Origin: an uncultured Nitrosopumilaceae archaeon
GTDB lineage: Archaea; Thermoproteota; Nitrososphaeria; Nitrososphaerales; Nitrosopumilaceae
Reading direction: 5' to 3'
Length of the DNA stretch: 64,000 bases
Assembly: GCA_964511485.1 (NCBI GenBank)
Contig: CAZEFL010000001.1
Span: 14,259-78,258, forward strand
Shown: piece after piece, positions 1-8,655 of the stretch
Layout: each line of letters begins with the position of its first letter
Numbering within the stretch: position 1 is the stretch's first letter
Program-made: the position numbers and the translations under genes
The notes under the pieces: model-generated
What the model was told of the DNA's origin: nothing
The model's database searches: none
What the model saw: only the letters and a program-made list of their open reading frames with translations

Positions 1-46
1 TAACGTATTATAGCATATATTCATCGAATTTGTGGAAAAATCATAA

Positions 47-1405
47 TTGGTTAGAAATAAGAAAAAAATTGTTATTTTAGGAGGAGGATTTGCAGGAGTA
101 GAATGTACTAAGCAATTAGAATCAGAATTTGGAAGTGATCCAGAAATTGAATTAGTTATGGTTAGTGAAGATAACTTTTTGTTGTTTACTCCAATGTTGC
201 CCCAAGTAGCATCTGGAATGATTGAAACTAGACATATTGTTTTACCAATTAGAACAATTTGTCAAAAAACAAAATTTTACGAAGGTAGAGTTAAAAATAT
301 TGATCCTTATGGAAAACTAGTAACTCTTTGGGGAACAAGTGATAAAAGAAGTATTTCTATTCATTATGATTTTCTAGTTGTTGCACTTGGTAGTGAAACA
401 AATTTTTTCGGAATGGCAAATGTGGAAAAAAATGCATACACAATGAAGACACTCAATGATGCTGTGATGTTAAGAAATAGAGTAATAGATATGCTTGAAC
501 AAGCAGAAAATGAAACAGATCCAATTCTTAGAAAAAGTTTTCTCAATTTTGTTGTAGTAGGTGGAGGGTTTGCAGGAATTGAAACTGCTGGAGAATTAAT
601 GGATTTACTTTTAGATGCAAGAAAACATTATCCTACAATACACAAGGATGATCTCAAAGTAATTGTATTAGAGGCATTGCCAATGATTTTACCAGGATTT
701 AATGAAAAATTAGCAGAGTTTGCAAAAGAGAAAATGATTGATAGAGGAATTGATATTAGATTACAAACAACGGTTACTAGTTTTGATGGAAATGAAGTTA
801 CAACAAAAGTATTAGAACAAAATGTAAAAAATTCTACAGATGAATCAATAGTTGATGCAATAAGAACAAAAACTTTGATTTGGACTGCAGGTGTAACTCC
901 AGTAAATACAATCAAAAGATCTATGCTAAAAACAGATAGAGGTAAAGTGATTATTAATGAATATTTAGAAGTAGAAGGATTTCCAAATGTTTTTGCTATA
1001 GGGGATTGTGCATTATTTTTGAATTCTGAAACAAAAAGACCTTTTCCTCCAACTGCACAAATTGCTGAGGCTCAAGCAAAAACTGCAGCAAAAAATTTGA
1101 AGGCTGTCATTAAAAATTCAGAAAAAGAAAAATTTGAATTTCATTCAAAAGGTCAAATGGCGATTATTGGGAAAAGATCTGGAATTGCTACATTTTTAGG
1201 AATGAATATATCTGGATTTTGGGCGTGGTTGATTTGGAGAAATGTATATCTTTCAAAAATTCCAACTTTAGATAAAAAAATTAGAGTATTTCTTGATTGG
1301 ACTATTGATTTATTCTTTGACAGAGATATTTCTAGATTAAAATTAATGAAGCGTAAAGAGGAAAAAGAGTACAAAGAACTTGATGAAGTTGATGATGTTT
1401 GGTAA
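47..1405 (+). CDS. ndh: Type II NADH dehydrogenase (FAD-dependent pyridine nucleotide-disulfide oxidoreductase)
   Basis: Two Rossmann motifs (ILGGGFAG, VVGGGFAGIETAGEL), FTPMLPQVASG, FAIGD, PPTAQIA, C-terminal GFWAWLIWR. Confidence 0.88.
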   Translation: MVRNKKKIVILGGGFAGVECTKQLESEFGSDPEIELVMVSEDNFLLFTPMLPQVASGMIETRHIVLPIRTICQKTKFYEGRVKNIDPYGKLVTLWGTSDKRSISIHYDFLVVALGSETNFFGMANVEKNAYTMKTLNDAVMLRNRVIDMLEQAENETDPILRKSFLNFVVVGGGFAGIETAGELMDLLLDARKHYPTIHKDDLKVIVLEALPMILPGFNEKLAEFAKEKMIDRGIDIRLQTTVTSFDGNEVTTKVLEQNVKNSTDESIVDAIRTKTLIWTAGVTPVNTIKRSMLKTDRGKVIINEYLEVEGFPNVFAIGDCALFLNSETKRPFPPTAQIAEAQAKTAAKNLKAVIKNSEKEKFEFHSKGQMAIIGKRSGIATFLGMNISGFWAWLIWRNVYLSKIPTLDKKIRVFLDWTIDLFFDRDISRLKLMKRKEEKEYKELDEVDDVW

Positions 1406-1411
1406 AAAAGA

Positions 1412-2911
1412 TTAATTTCTTTTCTTAATTCCAATAATTACTACAGCTGGAACTCCAAGATACATTCCCAAATTAAGTAGGATCAAACTAATTCCATACC
1501 CTAACACTGAACTTTCTGAATCCATATCCACATAGTTCAAAATTGACAGTGAATTAATCATTGGAGTAATTGCAAGCTTTACCATTTCTTTGAATACTGG
1601 ATTCTCTCTTTGCATATCTGCAATGTATGGACTAAAGGAATAGTAGACATCATTAAAATAATTCATGAAGATTGTACCTGATTCTGTTTGTAGTAGTGTG
1701 TTATCTCGTAGTTCTCGTAGTTGTTGAACTTCTAATGCCATCTCACTACCGTAAGTGGCCGTAGCTATTAGACAACCTCCTCCATTTTCTGTAGCTTCTT
1801 CAGGAATTTCTTGTGATAATATTTTAAACGAATCAATTGTTTCCTCAAATCTTGGAAGTTGGGATTCAAAATCAAGTGTTTCATTTCCATATCCAAATGT
1901 GTAAACTTTTTCCTTAGTGAAAATTAAAATTTCTTTGAATGAAACATTAACATCTTTTCCTTGAATTGAATAATAATTTTGAGTAGAAGTTTCAAATGCT
2001 AGATTTCCATTAATGATTAATTCACCTTGAGAAATAATCTCTAAATTATGTTCTTTATTTAACGCCTCAATCTTCTGTAAAACAAGATTATCAAAAGATG
2101 CTTCATTTTGTTGGATGATTAAGTAAATTTGTGGGTTTATTGTTCTTGTTTTTGGTCCGATTGCAACTATAGTTGGTGCACCTTCTTGTTCTCCATCAGG
2201 TTCTTGTAATAACCATCCTTCTGGTACACTAAATTCTATTCCATATTCTGCACTTTGGAATTTTTGATTTCCAGTTGGTTGTATTATTTCAGATTCTGTT
2301 CTTTCAGGTTCTGATAGTATAAGAATATCTGAAATTTCAGAACGATTAACAACAATAGCTTTTGTGATTTTTACTTTCTCTGGAACAATAGGTTTGTCAT
2401 TAGTGCCAGTTTCTACCTCTGCAATTTTGTCAAGTGTCTGAAAACTCTCTTCAGTTACAATCCTACCAAATACAGTATATTGTTCATCTAGAAAGTTAGA
2501 ATCCTTATGAACTATGAAAAATTGTGAACCTGCACTGTTTGGATCAGATGATCTTGCCATAGAAACAATTCCTCGATTATGTTTGATTGAATTGAATTCT
2601 GCATCGATTTTTTGATCAGGTCCTCCAATTCCCCAAGTGCTTGGATCTCCGTTAATGGTATTAGGATCTCCGCCTTGAATCATAAATCCAGGGATTATTC
2701 TATGAAAAATCACTCCATCATAAAATCCAGATTCAGTCAAAGTAACAAAATTATCTATATGATTTGGTGCATCATTTGGGAAAAATTCTATTGTGATATT
2801 TCCAAAATTTGTTTCCAAAACAACTAATTTTTCATCTGATTGAGCAAATGCTTGATTTCCAACACTAAGCAATACAAATGAAATTGCAATAATTATTACA
2901 ATTTTTTTCAA
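1412..2911 (-). CDS. Secreted cyclophilin-type PPIase with a central PsbP-like region and C-terminal CFI-box-CTERM-type anchor
   Basis: Signal peptide; FHRIIPGFMIQGGDP and NSAGSQFFI cyclophilin motifs; GGGCLIATATYGSE..LRELRD tail followed by a TM helix and KKR. Confidence 0.88.
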   Translation of the reverse strand: MKKIVIIIAISFVLLSVGNQAFAQSDEKLVVLETNFGNITIEFFPNDAPNHIDNFVTLTESGFYDGVIFHRIIPGFMIQGGDPNTINGDPSTWGIGGPDQKIDAEFNSIKHNRGIVSMARSSDPNSAGSQFFIVHKDSNFLDEQYTVFGRIVTEESFQTLDKIAEVETGTNDKPIVPEKVKITKAIVVNRSEISDILILSEPERTESEIIQPTGNQKFQSAEYGIEFSVPEGWLLQEPDGEQEGAPTIVAIGPKTRTINPQIYLIIQQNEASFDNLVLQKIEALNKEHNLEIISQGELIINGNLAFETSTQNYYSIQGKDVNVSFKEILIFTKEKVYTFGYGNETLDFESQLPRFEETIDSFKILSQEIPEEATENGGGCLIATATYGSEMALEVQQLRELRDNTLLQTESGTIFMNYFNDVYYSFSPYIADMQRENPVFKEMVKLAITPMINSLSILNYVDMDSESSVLGYGISLILLNLGMYLGVPAVVIIGIKKRN

Positions 2912-2984
2912 TAAATTTTTTCAAAATCTCTTACATAAAAGCCAAGTGTATTAGTTTTTAACAAAGTCAAATAAATCACCTCAT

Positions 2985-3476
2985 ATGGAACCAGATGAAA
3001 AAATTCAGGCACATTTAGTTTCAATTTGGAGAGAATCAAAAAAATTCTTCGCACTTGGTGGTAGAGAAGGTATGTTGGTATTAACCGATAAACACCTAAT
3101 GTTTGTGCATAAAACAGATGCTAAAATGAAATGGTGGAAAGCAATTACTCAAAGACAAGTTCTTAATTTTCTTAGATCAAAAAATACAATGATTCGTCAT
3201 GATGGTTATGATGAAGAGGAATTAATAGAAGATATAGAAGATGAACGAAATGTTGAATTGGCATTTGATGATATTTCAAGTATAAAATTTGAAGAAAAAA
3301 CTTGGGGAAGTGTATTACAATTAGAATATGAAAAAAATGGGAAAGAAGAAAAATTTCAATATTCAATAGCACAAGATTGGGTAAAATATCCCGCAAAAGA
3401 GCCTACAAAATATATGAAAGTTGATTGGGGGCCTTTTGTTCAGTACATTAAAGACAGACAAAAATTTACGAAATAA
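2985..3476 (+). CDS. Hypothetical protein, PH-like fold possible
   Basis: 163-aa ORF; GMLVLTDKHLMF resembles the G-x-L-x-LT-x-x-R-L-x-F pattern of PH/GRAM-like domains. Confidence 0.6.
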   Translation: MEPDEKIQAHLVSIWRESKKFFALGGREGMLVLTDKHLMFVHKTDAKMKWWKAITQRQVLNFLRSKNTMIRHDGYDEEELIEDIEDERNVELAFDDISSIKFEEKTWGSVLQLEYEKNGKEEKFQYSIAQDWVKYPAKEPTKYMKVDWGPFVQYIKDRQKFTK

Positions 3477-3478
3477 AA

Positions 3479-4195
3479 TTGGGTAAAGTTTATGCTGTTG
3501 GTGTTGGTCCTGGTTCACCAAAATATGTAACTGAAGTTGTAAAAGAGATTATTCAAAATTGTGATGTAGTAATCGGTTACAAATACACACTCCAAACAAT
3601 AAAGAGTCTAATTGGAGGAAAAGAAGTCTATGAAATAACAATGAATGATCAGGAGGAATCATATCAAAAAATTCATCCTGAATTAGGAGATAGGGTTTTG
3701 GTTATTCCATTTACTGGAGATGTAAATTTTTCTGAATCAGAAGTAGTAGATAGATTAATTGAGATATTTGGAGAGGTAGAAATTGTCCCTGGAATTAGTT
3801 CGATTCAAGTTGCAGCTTCAAGAGCTCAAATTCCACTTGATAAATCAAAAGTAATTACAATGCATGTAACTACTTCCATTGAAGATAAGAAATTAGAATT
3901 ACAAAAAGCATTGATTGATGGGTTTAGTGTGGTTTTAGTTCCAAGACCTTGGCCAAAACAACCAGATAAACATTTTATGCCTTCAGAAATAGCAATTTAT
4001 CTAAAAGAAAATAATTTTAATACTAGTAAAATGAAGGTTCATGTTTTTGAGGCAATTACTACTGAAAATGAGACTAGTTTTGTAGGAGTTGTAAAGGATT
4101 TGGAAGGAAAAGATTTTTCTGATTTGTCTGTAATGGTGTTTAATCAAACTAGTTTAGATTCATACATGAATTATAGATGGCAATGGGAAAATTGA
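3479..4195 (+). CDS. cbiE: Precorrin-6Y C5,15-methyltransferase subunit CbiE
   Basis: VGVGPGSPKYVT, GDVNFS and IVPGISSIQVAA tetrapyrrole methylase motifs. Confidence 0.8.
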   Translation: MGKVYAVGVGPGSPKYVTEVVKEIIQNCDVVIGYKYTLQTIKSLIGGKEVYEITMNDQEESYQKIHPELGDRVLVIPFTGDVNFSESEVVDRLIEIFGEVEIVPGISSIQVAASRAQIPLDKSKVITMHVTTSIEDKKLELQKALIDGFSVVLVPRPWPKQPDKHFMPSEIAIYLKENNFNTSKMKVHVFEAITTENETSFVGVVKDLEGKDFSDLSVMVFNQTSLDSYMNYRWQWEN

Positions 4196-4217
4196 TTTTT
4201 TAAATTATTGTTAAAAT

Positions 4218-4757
4218 TTACTTAAAATCAATCATTTCAAGACCTGAATTTTGAGCAAGTTCAATCATATAAAATTCAAGGTATCCGCCTGCCAAAAGAA
4301 GACCTACAACAATTCCAATTTCCATAATTGTTGGTTTGATGAATTGAATGAGATTAATTTTTTTAGTAATTGCTCTGATCAAGATAAAACTTCTAGAAAT
4401 TCCTAAAGAGTATGCAAATATTTCCATTAACCCAAATGGTGATAAAAATAGGATTGAAAGTGGTGGAATATTTTGTATTTCAGGTGCAGTGGTTGCAATT
4501 GCAGCAAAAGCAAAACCAGTGGACCATGCAGAAAATAGTCCCCACACTATACCAAATCCAGGAATAAACATGGGTAATGCTATAGTAGTGTTATGGGTAA
4601 AAATTCCAAAAGCATCAATATCTAAAATCAATTCTTCAAATTCTGCCATGAATACATTTGCTTCTTCCTCACTAACAATAGACATTGAACCAATTTGAAA
4701 TACACTAGCAAAAATTCCTAAAAAAATGAAAAATAGAATTATCCTAACTCCTTTCAC
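4218..4757 (-). CDS. SpoIIM-family integral membrane protein
   Basis: Multi-TM; IFTHN..IAL, PFGLMEI and LLLAGGYLE motifs typical of SpoIIM/DUF95. Confidence 0.75.
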   Translation of the reverse strand: MKGVRIILFFIFLGIFASVFQIGSMSIVSEEEANVFMAEFEELILDIDAFGIFTHNTTIALPMFIPGFGIVWGLFSAWSTGFAFAAIATTAPEIQNIPPLSILFLSPFGLMEIFAYSLGISRSFILIRAITKKINLIQFIKPTIMEIGIVVGLLLAGGYLEFYMIELAQNSGLEMIDFK

Positions 4758-4820
4758 ATTAATTTTTTAATTTTACATTATTTGAGGGTTAGTAGTCAAG
4801 CGCAGATTTAATTAAACCAG

Positions 4821-6281
4821 ATGATATTTCTTGATATGAAAAAGGAAGTTACTTTTGCATTAAATTATGCATTAAACAAAGGATTCCAAATTCATCCAGA
4901 TGCGTTTAAAATTTTAGAAAATGTAGATGTTCAAAAATTGGAGAAAATAATTAAGGAATTAATCAAAGAAAAGACTAAGCAAAAATTATTCCAAATTAAT
5001 CAAGATGATTTAGAGACATATCTTGGAATTAAAGATAATCCTGGGTTAGTAAGTGAAATTAAGATTTTGTCTGATCCTACCAACAAAATCACTACAGGAG
5101 AAGGGGTTAAGGGATACAATGCTTTATTTTCTAGTCGTTTTAACAAACTCAAACGAATTATTTCTGATAGACCAGAAGCAAAAATGTTGAAATCATTATC
5201 TTTTGTTAAAACTAAAAAACCTGAAGATGATGTGTATGTGTGTGGGTTAGTAACTGTAAAAAATTCAGAGCGTAATATTACAAAATTAATTTTAGAAGAT
5301 CCTTCAGGCTTATTTGAGGGTATAATTTTTGATGATGAATTACAAAAAACTGCTGACGCGTTACTAATCGATCAATTTGTTATGGCAAGAGTGAGTCTTG
5401 GGAAAAATTCAGGATTTATAATTAAAGATTTGATTTTGCCTGATATTCCAGAACAGGCAACTAACAAGTCAGAGGCAGAGGTTTATGCAGTATTTCTCTC
5501 AGATTTGCATATTGGAAGTAAATATTTCATGGAAGAAGAATTTACTGATTTTGTTTTATGGTTGTCTAGTCCTGATCCAATCGCTAGAAAAATTCGATTT
5601 GTTTTGATTGGAGGTGATATAGTAGATGGTGTTGGAATTTATCCAAATCAAAATAAAGAATTGGTTTGCCAGACAATTGAAGAACAGTTAAAAAAAGTCG
5701 AGGGTTTGTTAGACAAAATTCCTAAAAATATTCAGATTGTTATAATGCCTGGAAACCATGATCCAGGAAGAAGAGCTTTACCTCAACCTGCAATTCCAAA
5801 GAAATACAATTCTGGTTTGTGGGAAAGAGAAAATGTAGTAATGGTTGGAAATCCAGCTATGGTATCCCTAAATGGTGTTAAGATATTGATGTTTCATGGA
5901 CAAAGTATAGATGATATTGTAAAGACAACACCTGGTCTAAGCTATGACAAACCAACCAATGTAATGAAATATTTGTTAAAAGGAAGACATTTGAGCCCAA
6001 TTTATGGTAGTCAGACACCAATTGCACCTGAAATGGAAGATCATTTAGTAATTGAAGATATTCCAGATATTTTTCATGTAGGGCATGTTCATAAGGCTCA
6101 ATTGGATTTGTATAAAGGAATTTTGTTGGTTAACTCTGGTTCATGGCAAAGACAAACTCCTTTCCAGGCCAGTGTTGGAATGACACCGAATCCAGGAATT
6201 GCTTTAATGGTTAACTTGAAAACATTTCAAGTGCTTCATCAAAATTATAATTCTAATTTAGACAATATCTTGCAAAGTTAA
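4821..6281 (+). CDS. polD1: DNA polymerase D small (proofreading) subunit DP1
   Basis: OB fold plus metallophosphoesterase motifs SDLHIGS, GDIVDG, PGNHD, FHG, GHVH; start may be ATG at 4836. Confidence 0.95.
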   Translation: MIFLDMKKEVTFALNYALNKGFQIHPDAFKILENVDVQKLEKIIKELIKEKTKQKLFQINQDDLETYLGIKDNPGLVSEIKILSDPTNKITTGEGVKGYNALFSSRFNKLKRIISDRPEAKMLKSLSFVKTKKPEDDVYVCGLVTVKNSERNITKLILEDPSGLFEGIIFDDELQKTADALLIDQFVMARVSLGKNSGFIIKDLILPDIPEQATNKSEAEVYAVFLSDLHIGSKYFMEEEFTDFVLWLSSPDPIARKIRFVLIGGDIVDGVGIYPNQNKELVCQTIEEQLKKVEGLLDKIPKNIQIVIMPGNHDPGRRALPQPAIPKKYNSGLWERENVVMVGNPAMVSLNGVKILMFHGQSIDDIVKTTPGLSYDKPTNVMKYLLKGRHLSPIYGSQTPIAPEMEDHLVIEDIPDIFHVGHVHKAQLDLYKGILLVNSGSWQRQTPFQASVGMTPNPGIALMVNLKTFQVLHQNYNSNLDNILQS

Positions 6282-7496
6282 ATCATCTTTGAATGTTTTT
6301 TTTATCATTTCAGATGAAATTGTAAGTTTGAATTTTTTTGTTCTGCCATGAATTCCTTGATGAATCAGTCTCCCACTAATTATTCCCGATAATTCAATCT
6401 CGCTTAGCATTTGAGTAATTCTTCTTTGAGTGAGTTCATCTCGTCCAACAATTTTACAGAGATTTTTGTAAGATGAATAAATCTCCCCCGTAGAGGAACC
6501 ATTTGCTTTCATAATGGCTAAAATAACTAATTTTTCGTGTAATGGGTATGATTTGAGAGAGGTTTCTTCTTTATTTTCTTCTATTTTTTGAGAGGCTTCT
6601 CTTACATGCTCAATTGTGACTTTGTTAGATTGTTGACGTTCAGCAAGTTCTCCTGCAACTCTAAGTAAATCAATAGCTCTACGAGCATCACCGTGTTCTC
6701 CTCCAGCAAGTGCAGCGCATAGATTTAGGGCAGGTTCCTCTACTGAATTCTCTATAAAAGATTCATTAATTCTGTCTTCTAGAATTTTTTTGATTTGTTC
6801 AACATTATAATTTGTAAAAACAATTTCTTCTTCACCAAGACTACTAATTACTCTAGGATCGAGTTTTTCTTTGAATGTTAAATCATTAGAAATTCCTACT
6901 AAAGTTAATGAACCTTGTTTTAACCGTTCATTTGCTCTAGTTAATTGATATAAGACATCTTTGCCTGTTTTAGATACTAATTGAGCTAGATAATCAATTT
7001 CGTCAATTACAAAAATTGCATTAAATTTTTCTTTGTCAATTTTATTAAGTAATCTTTTGAAAACTTCACTAATTGCTAGACCTGTTGATGGTAATTCTTT
7101 CTCATTTAGGTTTAGTTGTCTGCCTAGACTTACTAATAATCCATAAAGTGTTGTTTCTTCTTTAGAGTTAGAATACACAAGTTTGATTGGGAAATTAGAT
7201 TTTTCTACTCTTTCTTGGATTTTTGAAATTACTTTTTTTACAACAAGAGTTTTCCCCGTTCCAGGTTTTCCATAAACTAAGAGATTAGATGGTCTCGATT
7301 GTTTTAGAATAGGTAATAGTGATTGGGTTACTTGTTCTTGTTCTGAATTTCTATGGAGAATTATATTTGGAATGTATGTAAAATGAAGAATTTCTCTATT
7401 TTTGATTATTGATTTCCCAGATTCTGCAGCATCAAGTAATCGATCTATTGGGTCAGACATACTCACACACCTTTGTTTCCTTTCAACATTATACAA
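6258..7496 (-). CDS. cdc6: Orc1/Cdc6 replication initiator
   Basis: Walker A GKPGTGKT, Walker B IDEID, HGDARRAIDLLR, C-terminal wH with GRT; true start probably MSDPID (ATG at 7460). Confidence 0.97.
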   Translation of the reverse strand: MYNVERKQRCVSMSDPIDRLLDAAESGKSIIKNREILHFTYIPNIILHRNSEQEQVTQSLLPILKQSRPSNLLVYGKPGTGKTLVVKKVISKIQERVEKSNFPIKLVYSNSKEETTLYGLLVSLGRQLNLNEKELPSTGLAISEVFKRLLNKIDKEKFNAIFVIDEIDYLAQLVSKTGKDVLYQLTRANERLKQGSLTLVGISNDLTFKEKLDPRVISSLGEEEIVFTNYNVEQIKKILEDRINESFIENSVEEPALNLCAALAGGEHGDARRAIDLLRVAGELAERQQSNKVTIEHVREASQKIEENKEETSLKSYPLHEKLVILAIMKANGSSTGEIYSSYKNLCKIVGRDELTQRRITQMLSEIELSGIISGRLIHQGIHGRTKKFKLTISSEMIKKTFKDDLTLQDIV

Positions 7497-7606
7497 TCAT
7501 ATCTAAATTACGAGGGTATAGTATAGAATAGTAATAGTAGTTTAGTTTGTAATTAATTATTTTTAGTTAGATTTAGATTTTCAAAAAAAAAAAAATAAGA
7601 AAAAGA

Positions 7607-7626
7607 GGAGAGTGGAAATATTGGTG
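7607..7626 (+). promoter_or_regulatory. ORB-like element 1 (degenerate)
   Basis: GGAGAGTGGAAATATTGGTG shares the GAGTGGAAAT core with boxes 2 and 3, in opposite orientation. Confidence 0.65.
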
Positions 7627-7639
7627 TGTGGGTTTCTTT

Positions 7640-7664
7640 TGAAATTAACATTATGTTAATTTCA
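7640..7664. repeat. Inverted repeat with 12-bp arms inside the origin
   Basis: TGAAATTAACAT-T-ATGTTAATTTCA; perfect arms, 1-nt spacer. Confidence 0.9.
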
Positions 7665-7694
7665 TGTTAAGAAATTTCAAAACAACCTTGTTTT

Positions 7695-7716
7695 AACCCC
7701 TATATTTCCACTCCAA
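7695..7716 (-). promoter_or_regulatory. ORB element 2
   Basis: Minus strand TTGGAGTGGAAATATAGGGGTT resembles the archaeal ORB consensus (TCCAGTGGAAA...GGGG) with a G-string. Confidence 0.8.
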
Positions 7717-7755
7717 GTGTTAAGAGTAACGTTAACAATGTGAATATCTAAAATT

Positions 7756-7776
7756 AACCCCTTAATTTCCACTCCA
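7756..7776 (-). promoter_or_regulatory. ORB element 3
   Basis: Minus strand TGGAGTGGAAATTAAGGGGTT, a near-identical direct repeat of ORB 2 located 61 bp away. Confidence 0.8.
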
Positions 7777-7860
7777 GGCACAAATATATCTAAATTTAGG
7801 GGGTTTAAACTAAAAATTTTGTTAATAATAAAAATACCTTTAGGCGTGGGCTAGGCAGTC

Positions 7861-7916
7861 AATGTTAACACACCATAATGTTAACAAAACTTCTTGGATC
7901 AATTGAACTGTTAACA
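7861..7916. repeat. Three TGTTAACA palindromes upstream of the wHTH gene
   Basis: TGTTAACA at 7863, 7879 and 7909; first two are identical AATGTTAACA 16 bp apart. Confidence 0.85.
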
Positions 7917-7938
7917 CTAGATCCATTAGATCTCAAAC

Positions 7939-8325
7939 ATGGCCAAAAAACGTATTCGTATAGATATGGAAGATTCGGATGGAGCCAAATATGATATTAA
8001 ATTAGAAGGAAATGTAACTAGAGACAAAGTGCTTAAAATCTTCGAAATGATGGATTTGATGAATATTGAAGAAGAACAAGATGCACCAAACCTGGAATCT
8101 ATTGGTTCTAAAATTTGGCATATAGTCGACAAATTCTTCCCTATGGGCAAATTTACATCAACAAATATTCTAGAAAAATATGAAGATGAATTTAATGAGC
8201 CAATCAAACTTAGTGTAATTTCAACATATTTAGCCCGTTTTTCAACAAAAGGCAAAACAGAAAGAACCAGAAATGGAAGAGAATGGACATATCAAACCAT
8301 AAAAATATCACAAAAACAACAATAA
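7939..8325 (+). CDS. Origin-adjacent winged-helix DNA-binding protein (hypothetical)
   Basis: Small N-terminal beta-rich domain; C-terminal FTSTNILEKY..LSVISTYLARFSTKG..ERTRNGREWTY has the wHTH pattern. Confidence 0.75.
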   Translation: MAKKRIRIDMEDSDGAKYDIKLEGNVTRDKVLKIFEMMDLMNIEEEQDAPNLESIGSKIWHIVDKFFPMGKFTSTNILEKYEDEFNEPIKLSVISTYLARFSTKGKTERTRNGREWTYQTIKISQKQQ

Positions 8326-8329
8326 TTTC

Positions 8330-8491
8330 TTAAGAAATTGTGATTTTTCTTACAATCAAACCATCTTTCTCAAGGACAAGTTTGACATATTCACCTTTTT
8401 GAACATCCATATACTTTCTAAACTGTTTAGGAATTGAAATTGTACCAACTGAAGTTATTTTTACCAAAACCTCATTTTCTTCTACTGACAT
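8330..8491 (-). CDS. AbrB/MazE/SpoVT-family DNA-binding protein, 53 aa (not in ORF track)
   Basis: Hand translation MSVEENEVLVKITSVGTISIPKQFRKYMDVQKGEYVKLVLEKDGLIVRKITIS fits the AbrB swapped-hairpin pattern. Confidence 0.88.
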   Translation of the reverse strand: MSVEENEVLVKITSVGTISIPKQFRKYMDVQKGEYVKLVLEKDGLIVRKITIS

Positions 8492-8655
8492 ATATTGATT
8501 ATAATTTAATAATATTTATAATTTAATAAACAAGTTATTTTATAATTAATAATGAAATGGTATTATTTTTAAAAATAATACTCAAAAAAATTAATAATTA
8601 ATATTTTAAATTTATTAAAATATTTGAATTTGTCAATCCTTCATCTTTTGTTTTT

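Larger units (their letters stand above)
7497..7938. other. Probable chromosomal replication origin (oriC)
   Basis: Non-coding gap directly upstream of cdc6 with three ORB-like boxes, a 13-nt A run (7583-7595) and AT-rich palindromes. Confidence 0.85.

Noticed and set aside
8330-8491. Toxin-antitoxin pair
   Set aside because: AbrB-like gene has no adjacent toxin-like ORF.
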